From Eledone cirrhosa (lineage: Eukaryota), in contig OZ024747.1 of assembly GCA_964016885.1 (NCBI GenBank), forward strand, positions 52,886,001-52,950,000: 64,000 bases of DNA, written 5' to 3'. Positions 1 to 12,260 of this stretch are shown here, in pieces. Every line of letters starts with the position of its first letter. Positions within the stretch are counted from its first letter, which is position 1. The notes beneath the pieces are model-generated. The model was given only the letters and a program-made list of their open reading frames with translations. It ran no database searches and was not told the origin of the DNA. A program made the position numbers and the translations under genes.

Positions 1-1725
1 GACTGTAGATGTCGGGACTCTCTAGATGTAGGGACTGTAGATGTAGGGACTGTAGATGTCGGGACTCTAGATGTAGGGACAGTAGATGTCGGGACACTGT
101 AGATGTCGGGACTGTAGATGTCGGGACTGTAGATGTCGGGACTGTAGATGTAGGGACTGTAGATGTCGGGACACTGTAAATGTCGGGACTGTAGATGTCG
201 GGACTGTAGATGTCGGGACTGTAGATGTCGGGACTGTTTGATGTCGGGACTGTAGATGTAGGAACAGTAGATGTCGGGACAGTAGATGTCGGGACTGTAG
301 ATGTAGGGACTGTAGATGTCGGGACTGTAGATGTCGGGACTGTAGATGTCGGGACTGTAAATGTCGGGACTGTAGATGTCGGGACTCTAGATGTCGGGAC
401 TGTAGATGTCGGGACTGTAGATGTCGAGACTGTAGATGTCGGGACTGTAGATGTCGGGACAGTAGATGTCGGGACTCTAGATGTAGGGACTGTAGATGTC
501 GGGACACTGTAAATGTCGGGACTGTAGATGTCGGGACTGTAGATGTAGGGACAGTAGATGTCGGGACAGTAGATGTCGGGACAGTAGATGTCGGGACTGT
601 AGATGTCGGGACTATAGATGTCGGGACTGTAGATGTCGGGACTCTAGATGTCGGGACTGTAGATGTAGGGACTGTAGATGTCGGGACACTGTAGATGTCG
701 GGACTGTAGATGTAGGGACTGTAGATGTCGGGACTCTAGATGTAGGGACAGTAGATGTCGGGACACTGTAGATGTCGGGACTGTAGATGTAGGGACTGTA
801 GATGTCGGGACTGTAGATGTCGGGACTGTAGATGTCGGGACTGTAGATGTCGGGACTGTAGATGTCGGGACTCTCTAGATGTAGGGACTGTAGATGTAGG
901 GACTGTAGATGTCGGGACTCTAGATGTAGGGACAGTAGATGTCGGGACACTGTAGATGTCGGGACTGTAGATGTCGGGACTGTAGATGTCGGGACTGTAG
1001 ATGTAGGGACTGTAGATGTCGGGACACTGTAAATGTCGGGACTGTAGATGTCGGGACTGTAGATGTCGGGACTGTAGATGTAGGGACAGTAGATGTCGGG
1101 ACAGTAGATGTCGGGACAGTAGATGTCGGGACTGTAGATGTCGGGACTATAGATGTCGGGACTGTAGATGTCGGGACTCTAGATGTCGGGACTGTAGATG
1201 TAGGGACTGTAGATGTCGGGACACTGTAGATGTCGGGACTGTAGATGTAGGGACTGTAGATGTCGGGACTCTAGATGTAGGGACAGTAGATGTCGGGACA
1301 CTGTAGATGTCGGGACTGTAGATGTCGGGACTGTAGATGTCGGGACTGTAGATGTCGAGACTGTAGATGTCGGGACTGTAGATGTCGGGACAGTAGATGT
1401 CGGGACTCTAGATGTAGGGACTGTAGATGTCGGGACTGTAGATGTCGGGACAGTAGATGTCGGGACTCTAGATGTAGGGACTGTAGATGTAGGGACAGTA
1501 GATGTCGGCACTGTAGATGTCGGGACTGTAGATGTCGGGACTCTAGATGTAGGGACAGTAGATGTCGGGACTGTCGATGTCGGGACTGTAGATGTAGGGA
1601 CAGTAGATGTCGGGACTCTAGATGTCGGGACTGTAGATGTCGGGACTGTAAATGTCGGGACTGTAGATGTCGGGACTGTAGATGTAGGGACTGTAGATGT
1701 CGGGACTGTAGATGGCGGGACACTG
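1..1725. repeat. 15-bp minisatellite (GGGACTGTAGATGTC)n with higher-order duplicated blocks; truncated by window start
   Basis: Unit repeats >100 times with variants (GTAGGG, GACAGT, GACTCT, +2-nt GACACTG). The variant pattern at ~12-190 recurs at ~865-1040. The GTVDV/CRDCR ORFs are artefacts. Confidence 0.97.
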
Positions 1726-1769
1726 TTTAGAGGAGTGTAGATAACTTTTTGAAAAGTATTTCAATTTTT

Positions 1770-1861
1770 TATATTTATTTTATTTTATTTTATTTTATTA
1801 TATTTTATTTTATTTTATTTTATTGCATGGATAAATAAGTAGTATTAGTGAAAGAGAAGGA

Positions 1862-1934
<73 letters not shown>

Positions 1935-2062
1935 GGGGAGAGAGAGAGAGGCTAATAGAGATAGATAGAGATTGGGAGAGAGAGAGAGAGAGGCGAATAT
2001 ATATAGAGAGAGAGAAAGGGAGAGATAGGTGAATAGAGATAGATAGAGATTGAGAGAGAGAG
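1770..2062. repeat. (TTTTA)n and (GA)n simple repeats
   Basis: Direct reading. Confidence 0.9.
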
Positions 2063-2438
2063 AAGACTGGGGTGTATGTGTGTGGTGGTGAAGGATATAT
2101 AGTTTAAATCTAGGCCAAAGCAAGCATAAGAGGAAACATTAGTCCTCTCATCTGTTGTTGTTGTTAAATTAGTTTTGTGTTTATTTTTATTTGTTTTCCA
2201 TATATGTAGAAATATATTATTTAGAAGATAATGAGTGGATTTACAAACAATTACAGATAAATAGACTATAATTAAATTGTCGAAATTTTTGTACTAATTG
2301 AAGAATTTCTACCTCACTGACTTGTCGACTATCCTTGAATTTCTTAATATACACACACATGTATATACACACACATATATACACACATACATACATATAT
2401 ATGTATATATATATGTATATATATATATATATAGATAA

Positions 2439-2520
<82 letters not shown>

Positions 2521-2522
<2 letters not shown>

Positions 2523-2898
2523 CATCATCATCATCATCATCACCGTTTTACGTCCGTTCTTCCACGCTATCATGGGTTAGACGGGTTGTCCTGTTGTGGG
2601 CAGTGTCTGGTCGGCTGACCATGCCTTGCTCATACAGGAACTGATTTGGCTTGATTTCTACAGCTGGATGCCCTTCCTAACACCAACCTCATTTACAGTG
2701 AGTGCTGGGTGCTTTTTTGCCGTGGCACCTCCACGACCACCTTGCAGTGGGAGGGTGTGGGGGCATATTGTCTATATGCTTCAGCTTGTACCCATGGAAG
2801 GTCGGGTACTCTGTATTATTGCGTGACGCCAAAGGCCACGGTCGTGTGTCATCGCCTTTGAGAGGTGTAATTGGGTTAGGTCGGCTTTTATCACCTCA
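2521..2898 (-). mobile_element. 5'-truncated copy of the RTE-type LINE 3' end seen at 4545-5343
   Basis: Reverse complement matches ~4935-5340, including the last ORF codons and the (GAT)n tail. Confidence 0.88.
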
Positions 2899-3218
2899 TA
2901 TATATTATATATGTATATATATATATATATATAAATGGAATAGAATGAAACGAAATTTCATTTCTCACTCTTAGTACGGCAGTTACTTAAATGTAAGTGT
3001 AAGTATGTATGTATATGTACATACATATATGTATAAAGATGTACAGTAGTATGTATATATATACATACATGTACACATATATATATATATATGCACGTAT
3101 CGGTTTAATGAACATTTATTATAATGCTCGGTTTGTTTGTAAACAAACAAACAGCCCGAATTATGCCGTACAGTGTTTAGGCAACCATGTCACCTTTTTG
3201 TTCAACACTGACACAGGA

Positions 3219-3261
3219 ACGATGTACTAGTTTCAAGCTTATTAGCTATCATCAGCATCGT
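3219..3261 (-). ncRNA. Type-I minimal hammerhead ribozyme (predicted)
   Basis: Minus strand: ACGATG-CTGATGA-tagct aat aagctt-GAAA-CTAG-TA-CATCGT. 6-bp stem I, intact core, stem II AGCT/AGCT, palindromic stem III, GUA cleavage triplet. Confidence 0.85.
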
Positions 3262-3458
3262 ATACCTTCCTGCCAGATGGTTGAACGTCTGAAAGTATAT
3301 ACTTTCCATATGCATATTAACGGCTGAGCAGCCTAATTTGCATATCGAGTGAGTTTAGTTGGCTGGGCGCACCGAAAACGATAAATGGAATAGAATGAAA
3401 CATATACATACATACATACTTATATTTATATATATATATTAATATATATATATATATA

Positions 3459-3733
3459 TAGTTATGTAATAAACAACATAAGATAATTATTTCATTTACC
3501 AGTGGTTTCTTGAAGGCAGATGTTGTTTCTGTCTTCAGTCGTCAGAATGAATAAATAACATGGTGTTTTTATTTATTCATTCTGACAACTGAAGACAGAC
3601 ACAACATCTGCCTTCAAGAAACCACTGGTAAATGAAATAATTATCTTATGTTGTTTATTACATAACTAATAAGCTCTGTAGCTTACATAGAGCACTCTTT
3701 TCTCCTGTACCTTTCCGACGGAAATACTTCATT
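3459..3733. mobile_element. TA-flanked fold-back element with ~100-bp arms (3459-3558/3569-3668) carrying a hammerhead; Penelope-like terminus
   Basis: Near-perfect inverted repeat. Minus 3491-3551 reads TTCATT-CTGACGA-stem II-GAAACCACTGGTA-AATGAA. Related copy at 45886. Confidence 0.8.
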
Positions 3734-3880
3734 TATATATATATATATATATACACACACATACACATACTCGTGTGCACACATATGTACACACACACAC
3801 ACTGATATATACATACATACACATACACATGCACACACATGTATTTACACCCTCATATACACACACACAAATACCCATAC

Positions 3881-3933
<53 letters not shown>

Positions 3934-4145
3934 AAAAAATACATACATACATACATACATACACTCACACATACAGAATGTCTTGATTCTCCATCGGTCC
4001 TGCGATGATGATGATGATGATAATGATGATACATGCACAAATACACACACACACACACATACATACATAGGGGGTGAATTAAGATGGTAATATGTGACCA
4101 GCGACATATCTCCTTGATTGCATAACTGCATCTATGATTGTATAA

Positions 4146-4196
4146 GCATCTGATGAAGTCACATGCATAACCATGTAACAGAAGTACATATCATGT
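4146..4196 (+). ncRNA. Degenerate hammerhead-like motif
   Basis: GCAT-CTGATGA-agtcacatg..catgtaaca-GAAG(not GAAA)TACATATC-ATGT. Confidence 0.4.
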
Positions 4197-4269
4197 ATTA
4201 AAGCAATTATGGTGAAGTAACCCTGTCATAATTACTTTTAATTGATATATATATGTATATGTTCAGGGT

Positions 4270-4300
<31 letters not shown>

Positions 4301-4310
4301 ATATATATAT

Positions 4311-4520
4311 ATAGGAACGAGTAAGACCCCAACGGCTGAGCTCAAGCCGTTTCGACGGCTAATTCTGGACTGCATTTAGTCCAGAATTAGCCATCGAAAT
4401 GGCTTGAGCTCAGCCGTCGGGGTCTTACTCGTTCCTATTACCCACTCTACTACCCTAAGTATTGAGTACTTTGGTGCGTTATGGTCCACCTGGTTCCTTA
4501 CCACATTTCCTTCATTTCCT
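4311..4520 (+). mobile_element. TA-flanked fold-back element, family A (palindrome 4311-4438 plus unique tail)
   Basis: ~60-bp arms around GCATTT. Same family at 16875, 47590 and 60511. Contains the 3' half of a hammerhead (GAAAYGGCT..AGCCGTC). Confidence 0.8.
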
Positions 4521-4544
4521 ATATATATATATATATATATATAT

Positions 4545-5343
4545 TACCATGAAGTTCAGGGAACTACTGCCACTGCTAGCTGTAAAGGCTTCTCCCTCAA
4601 AATGAAAGGCAGACTGTATGATGCGTGTATCCGAACAGCAATGTTACATGGTAGTGAGACCTGGGCGTTCAAGGTGGAAGACTTACGTAGATTAGAAAGA
4701 AATGAAGCCTGCATGCTCCGATGGCTGTGTAATAGTAATATACGCGAACGGCAAAGCATAAATGAATTGAGAGAGAGACTGAGTATAAGAGGAATCAAAT
4801 GCTGTGTGCAGGAGAGGCGGTTGCGTTGGTATGGACATGTGATATGTATGAAGGATGACAGCTGCATAAAAAGGTGCAGAGCACTAGAAGTCAATGGAAA
4901 CCGCGGAGTGGGGAGACCCAAGAAGACCTGGGATGTGGTAATAAAAGCCGACCTTACCCAATTACACCTCTCAAAGGCGATGACACACGACCGTGACCTC
5001 TGGCGTCATGCAGTAATACAGAGTACCCGACCTCCCATGGTTACAAGCTGAAGCATATAGACAATATGCCCCAACACCCTCCCACTGCAAGGTGGTCGTG
5101 GAGGTACCACAGCAAAAAAGCACCCAGCCCACACTGTAAAGTGGACGTGTAGGCACCACTGTAAATGAGGTTGGTGTTAGGAAGTGCATCCAGATGTAGA
5201 AATCAAGCCAAAATCAGTTCCTGTATGAGCAAGGCATGGTCAGCAGACCGGCTACTGCCCACAACAGGACAACCCGTCTAACCCATGCTAGCATGGAAGA
5301 ACGGATGTAAAACGGTGATGATGATGATGATGATGATGATGAT
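4545..5343 (+). mobile_element. RTE-clade LINE, 5'-truncated (ORF C-terminus ~4580-5051, 3' UTR, (GAT)n tail)
   Basis: KGRLYDACIRTAMLHGSETW...RLERNE..MLRW...RRLRWYGHV...GRPKKTW...DRDLWR is the typical post-RT region of RTE elements. Confidence 0.93.
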
Positions 5344-5493
5344 ATGTATATCCAGCCATAGATGCAAAGCCAAGATCAGCCCAGCGTGAGTGTAACACAC
5401 TCCTCCAACCAGATCTCAAAGGGACAGCCCATCCTACCTATGCTAGCATCGAATATGGACTTTAAACGATGATGATGATGATGATATATACAT

Positions 5494-5554
<61 letters not shown>

Positions 5555-5618
5555 GTGGGGACACTGAAGTAAAATTATGTAACTTTTTATCTTATTTCTT
5601 CTCACCACTTATTTACAT

Positions 5619-5732
<114 letters not shown>

Positions 5733-5804
5733 AAATCGGACCGAGGAAACAATGTTTCCGTTGGTCTTTACAGTTGCTAGTACTATCTATCGGTCGCAAC
5801 TCCA

Positions 5805-5932
5805 GGTAGAAGGAGCAACGTGAAATAAAGTGTCTTGCCCAAGGACATAACGCATCGCCCGGTCCAGGAATCGAACTCACAACATCACGATTGTGAATCC
5901 AATTCTCTAACCCCTCACCCCCACGCCTTCAC
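5805..5932 (-). mobile_element. tRNA-derived SINE head fragment
   Basis: Minus strand has B-box GAGTTCGATTCC followed by GTCCTTGGGCAAGACACTTTATTTCAC, shared with the other SINE copies. Confidence 0.75.
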
Positions 5933-6025
<93 letters not shown>

Positions 6026-6128
6026 GAGAGAGAAAGGTAATATCCGTAGTGGTAGAGCACTCAGTCCATGGGATGAGTTTGGTAGAAGTAGTAACACAAC
6101 AGGGTGAACTAACTGTTGTGTTACTACT

Positions 6129-6180
<52 letters not shown>

Positions 6181-6768
6181 GTGTGGATCGCAGATAAAAA
6201 GCTATCATTTATTTATCTATTATTTCTTCATAGGTATATTTTAAACTTATAGCCTCGTTTAAATGATTTTTTATGTGGTTGATTATGCTGATTGGGAGAA
6301 GAAATACTGTATATATTTTATCTATGGACTTACTTCCTTATATATATATATATATATATACATTAAAATATATGATAAACACGAAACGTGTTTACATTGC
6401 AACAGACAAAGTTAGCTATTAATGAAATAAACTAATTAAAGTGAATACAATTTGTCTGTCTCGATATAAGTCAATAAAGACAAGCTTATATTGGCAACGG
6501 CCATGATTCCTGGACAGATTTAAATTTCAAAATCCAAACCTGTTCCGTAGACGAATTTGAACCTCGAAACCTAAATCCGTTTCGCAATGGTGGTATGTGA
6601 ATTGAAAAATAAAGAGAATCGAAATGGAGTAGTTTATCATATATTTTAATGTATTTAACTGCTCGGAAAAGCCCCTTTTCCTGGAGCTTAATTATTGTAA
6701 ACGACTGAGAGTTTATTCTCAAAATATAATATAGTGTATATATATATATATATCTATATATATATATG

Positions 6769-7389
6769 TAGATAAATCTACCAAGAGTTTACGGTAGTGT
6801 CCAATCCGTATGAAGAACTCAATGTATTCCGGATATCATGGAAAGAAGAGATGTAATGAAAATCCAATTTCGGTGAAAGATAAATGGTATACAGAGTCAA
6901 GATAAAATATTAAACAAATAATGAACAAACAATTCCTTATATTAAACAAAAAAAGTTCACTATTTAACGATCGTTTCTAGGGTATATATGTGTTATAATT
7001 GGTATGCATATTTAACAGATCTATGTACAAAATTTTACAAAATTATACAAATTATCAAGATTAAATATACATACCTAACCCATATATACGCCGTCTTCAG
7101 AAATAATTATTTTACAAAATTATACAAATTATCAAGATTAAATATACATACCTAACCCATATATACGCCGTCTTCAGAAATAATTATTTCTGAAGACGGC
7201 GTATATATGGGTTAGGTATGTATATTTAATCTTGATAATTTGTATAATTTTGTAAAATTTTGTACATAGATCTGTTAAATATGCATACCAATTATAACAC
7301 ATATATACCCTAGAAACGATCGTTAAATAGTGAACTTTTTTTGTTTAATATAAGGAATTGTTTGTTCATTATTTGTTTAATATTTTATC

Positions 7390-7390
<1 letters not shown>
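6769..7390. mobile_element. Spacerless palindrome (6900-7390, centre 7183/7184) with hammerhead bearing a very long stem II; TA-flanked
   Basis: ~207-bp arms, with a ~77-bp tandem duplication in the left arm. Plus 7185-7329: TATTT-CTGAAGA-(~115-nt hairpin)-GAAACGATCGTT-AAATA. Confidence 0.82.
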
Positions 7391-7422
<32 letters not shown>

Positions 7423-7841
7423 CCAGAATCAAAGCAATAATGTATTATTTCTCGTCCATGTAATATCTCTGTAATAAACTACAGTTAGATGTTTGTTTCT
7501 CAGCTGCCTGTAATAGTGAGATTCAGTTAGTTTTAATGAGTTGCTGATGAATATAGGCCATGGTCAGTTATGTAGCTGGCCTGAGGAATTTACTGGATGA
7601 TGTGTCTCTCAGATTAAATGTCCAGTTTATAAAACCAATATATTAAACCCTGCTCAATCCTATAGTGTCAAGGTTTTCATTATTATTGGTATTTAAACCA
7701 TTGTCTGTCTGTTCATAATATCATATATCCCATTGACCGCAGACATAGACAGGCATACACAGGTATTCATACAATCACACACACACACACACACACTTAT
7801 TTATATATCTCTCTCTCTATATATATATATATGGACATATG

Positions 7842-7903
<62 letters not shown>

Positions 7904-8186
7904 TCATCATCATCATCATCATCATTTTACGTCCGCTTTTCCCTGCTTGCAAGGGTGGGACGGGAACTGATTCTGGCTTGATTTCTACAGCTAGATGCCC
8001 TTCCTAACACCAACCTCATTTACAGTGAGTACTGGATGCTTTTTTTTTGACGTGGCACCTCCACGACCACTTTGTAGTGGAATGATATGGACCCCAGTTC
8101 CCATCATCTCATTTCTACAGCTGAGTAAACTGGAGCAATGTGAAATAAAATGTCTTGCTCAAGGAAACAACACATCACCCGGTCTG
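7904..8186 (-). mobile_element. tRNA-derived SINE with RTE-type tail (head truncated)
   Basis: Matches full copies at 29017 and 47063; (GAT)n tail. Confidence 0.85.
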
Positions 8187-8209
8187 GGACATCCGTATAT
8201 ACATATATA

Positions 8210-8703
8210 TGATGGCTGCCCCCTTGTTATCGAGTATGGCCATTGCACAATATACCATTATTAATAATTATTAATTAATTCTATCGTGCAATGCCTGTGC
8301 GTGAATATATCTTTTTAAAGTGAGGAAAAACTGTGCACTGAGCCAATCCCACTCTCTGAGCGACAGTAGCTATAACTCGAAAAGAAGAAAAGATCAACAT
8401 CATCTGTAACTACTGAGCCGCAGGTTTTATATCGGAGTTATCCCAGTTTCCTGAGTTGCCTTCTCCTAGAAGAATGCCCTGACAAAGGCTAAGGGTTCTT
8501 CACTCCCAGTGGTTTAACCGCGCGGTACATGTATATATACATATTTACATACTTTCGGATGGTCGTTGACTCTTATGAGTTCTTCCGCCCTTTGCAGGTT
8601 TTGTTTTTTGTCCTGCAGGGTGTCCAAAATCACCCTCCTCACCAAGTAAACTTGGTGGGGTTGCCGGTTTACTCGCTGACGACCCGACCATGCGACAGGT
8701 TGT
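8210..8703 (-). mobile_element. Diverged relative of the ~610-bp retroposon
   Basis: Collinear blocks with 40097-40666 (CCTTCTCCTAGAA, GACAAAGGCTAAGGG, GTCCTGCAGG..GTCCAAA.TCACCCTCCTCA, GACCCGACCATG). Confidence 0.75.
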
Positions 8704-9049
8704 ATATATATATATATATATACACACGTACACAGGTTGTATATATATATATATATACACATACGACAATGTATATATATATATACACGTACACAGATAT
8801 ATATATATATATATATATATGCACATACACAGGTTGTGCATATATATATATATACACACATATGACAGTGTATATATATATATACACACATACACAGATA
8901 TATACATATGTATTCACACATACTTATATACAAACATACATACAAACATATGTACATATATACATTTATACACAAACATACTCGTACATATATATACATA
9001 CATGCATACACGCATACATACATACATACATACGCGCATACATACATAA

Positions 9050-9315
9050 AAATCTAGGCCAATGAAAAGATTGTACATGTGTACTTGAAATGAAAAACAC
9101 AGACCATCGAGAGTATAACCCATACTAAAATCCTGACATGGATCTCTGACAATTTCAACACACCTCACCTTAAAGGATACCTGCATGCTATCCAGATACA
9201 AGACACCCCTACCAAGTACCGACTGCACAAAAGAAGTAAGTCATCAGTTGACAATAAGTATAGGTTCTGCAAAATATAGACCAAAAATGTTATCCACATT
9301 ATTGCCAACTGTGAA
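9050..9315 (+). pseudogene. Decayed RLE-type (R4/Dong-like) LINE ORF fragment with CCHC knuckle remnant
   Basis: Frame from 9121: HTKILTWISDNFNTPHLKGYLHAIQIQDTPTKYRLHKR..DNKYRFCKI*TKNVIHIIANC. Resembles EG.l.AiQ.q...T followed by CxxC-x7-H-x4-C. Not in the ORF track. Confidence 0.7.
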
Positions 9316-10053
9316 CGAATATCTATTCCTTATTACTTCCTTATACAATTATTTATTTATGGAAAATATCATGAAAATGCAGTTTAATAGAGAAAGGAAA
9401 TTAAAGTTACGAAAGAATGGAATGGAAAATAGGAAAATATAAAGAGAAAAAAAACTGTAAAAGAGCGGGAATGACAAGATCTCTAGTGTCACAGAAGAAT
9501 GTGGAGGGGGAGAAGTAGAATGATTGGGCTCTGGGCCTAGTGCACGGTGGCAATGGGGTGACACATTAAAAAAAACATACTGTTTCATCTCTGTGTTCTA
9601 AGTTCAAATCCCACCTGCAGTAAGATTAATCCACCATCTGGCTTAACACCACCGCTTCTCTCTTAGGTGATGTTACCAAGTTCCTCTCTTACATATATTA
9701 TGATCATGTAGTCTTTGGTTTGAGGTTATTTTTTTTCTTCCCACTTTCTCACTAGTTTTAGAAACTTTGAAAAAAAAAGTGGCTATGAACATATTGTCCT
9801 TCCATCTCTAATGAAAACATTAAACATTCTAAACTCCACAAAGGAGCAGGAATTTATACCAAACACACATTTTGATGAGGCATACACCTAGTCCTGATAG
9901 AGCTTTATAATGTCTTTCTACTCCACACACACTTTCACACACATAGTTCACCTTGTAGAATCTCTCAGGCCATCTAAACACCAATTTTAAGAGTTGCCCA
10001 ATAGCCTTAAGGCTTGTGGAGAAATGTGTTACATTCTCATTCGTACCCCCTCC

Positions 10054-10118
<65 letters not shown>

Positions 10119-10150
10119 TCTACCTCTGCTTTTCCCTGCTTTCAAGGGTG

Positions 10151-10217
<67 letters not shown>

Positions 10218-10474
10218 TATATATGTATATATATATATATGTGTGTGTATATTTATGCGTGTGCATGTGTGTATGCTTGTGTGTATGTGTGAGTGTGTGC
10301 ATGTGTGTATATGTGTATATGTATATATATGTTTTGCATATTTGTATAAGTTTTTCAAATGTCATTTATATATATATAATTGCTTGGAGCATTTAGATAA
10401 ATATGTGTGTGTAGGTGAGTGTGTGTATATATATATGTGTGTATGTGTGTGAGACTGTGTGTGAGTGTAGGTGA

Positions 10475-10521
<47 letters not shown>

Positions 10522-11497
10522 AGTGAATAAACAACTGCGTGTATGTGTGTGACTGTGTGTATGGGTGTAGGTGAGTGTGTGTGTATATATATATATATGT
10601 GTATGTGTGTGAGTGAACAAACAACTGCGTGTATGTGTGTGAGACTGTGTGTGTGTATATATGTGTATGTGTGCATGTGTTCTCACCTACGTCTACACAT
10701 ACTTCAGAACTACCTTTGACATAGTTTTGCTGCACAAACTCACATGTGATGCATCAAGCACTGATACACATACACACATATGCAACACACACACACACAC
10801 ACACAACATACACATACACACATGTACACTGCACAAACTAGTCAAACAATGAGTTATTACAATCAACTTAATTTGTTAAACACAATTAAAAAAATGCGGT
10901 TAATTGCTAACCACTTTTAATTTCCATTTTTAAAAATATTTTTGTGAAATTCTTGTAACATTACAGCATGGTAACAACATTTTAACCATTATAATGTGCT
11001 AGCACTGAAATAGACTTCCTCTAAAGGAACCCTGCAGTAATATATATATATGTATGTTCTTCTGGTTTTATAATTTCTCAAACTTTTCACCAATAGAGAG
11101 AGAGTCAGTTTCTAACATAGATACAAGTCTCTCTCATTGGAATTTACACAACATCAACTAGGTAGATATGTCTGCATGCTTGCATGTGTGTGTGAAGGTA
11201 TGGATGTTATTATATGTGTGGATGTGTATGTTTTGAGTTATATGTGTGCAAGTGCATAAGCTTTGTATCTGTATATGTGTATATGCAGTTATTACATGCA
11301 GAATTTTTCGAATGTTTTACATATTTTTACTGTTCCATTAATAGATTGTACTTGTAATTTCCTAACTAGTTGTGCTCTTTTTGTTTCTGTGAAGCCCAGC
11401 TTCTCAAGATTTATACTGAGGTAGTTACTAACATATCCCAGTGCCCCAATAATCACAGGTATAAATTTGAAGGTATAATCTCACTAGTTCTGCATAG

Positions 11498-11528
<31 letters not shown>

Positions 11529-11558
11529 TGTATGTATGTATGTATGTACGTATGTATG

Positions 11559-12173
11559 TCAGGTCAGGTCACCAGTTGGTGCTACTGGTAACATGTATCC
11601 CAGTACAACCTGTCCCATAGTCGGGTCGTTGGCGACTAAACTGGCAACCCCACCAAGGTTTCTTGGTGAGGAGGGTGACTTTGGACATCCTGCAGGACTA
11701 AAAACAAAACCTGTCAAAGGGCAAAGGAGCTCTTAAGAGTCAATGGCCATCCCAAATCACCGGGAGAGATGACCCCTTAGTCTTTGTCAAGGCAGAATTC
11801 TAGGAGAAGGAAAACTCTGATATAACACCTGCAACCCTGATGGTATCCAATGATGTTGACTTGTTCTTCTTTTTGGTAAATATCATCTTGGTTAAGAGAG
11901 TGGGACTGGCTTTGTGCAGTGCCTTTGCTCACTATAAAAGCTTCACGGCACAGGCATTGCTTTGTATCTAGGAGATCTCTCTGCACTTGTCGTCACATGG
12001 TACCATGGGCCCAGCACTATGTGTCAGTAATTGTCACAGGTGTAGTGTTTGTACCAGAGTTTTCAAGTCACTGGCTGGACTAAAAAGTTACATTCGTTCA
12101 GCGCATCGGTAGGAGTTCTCCTACATGGATATAAAGTAGTGGCCGTACTCGAAAACGAGTTGGCAGCCACCAT
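11559..12173 (+). mobile_element. ~610-bp non-coding retroposon in (TATG)n, copy 1
   Basis: Near-identical to 12775-13383, 40097-40666 (minus) and 43688-44096. Ends in a stem-loop followed by (TATG)n. Confidence 0.9.
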
Positions 12174-12260
12174 GTATGTATGTATGTATGTATGTATGTA
12201 TGTATGTATGTATGTATGTATGTATGTATGTATGTATGTGTACATGTATGTATGAATGTA

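Noticed and set aside
67-1740. GTVDV, CRDCR and SRHLQ repeat ORFs
   Set aside because: Translations of a 15-bp minisatellite with frequent 2-bp frameshifts
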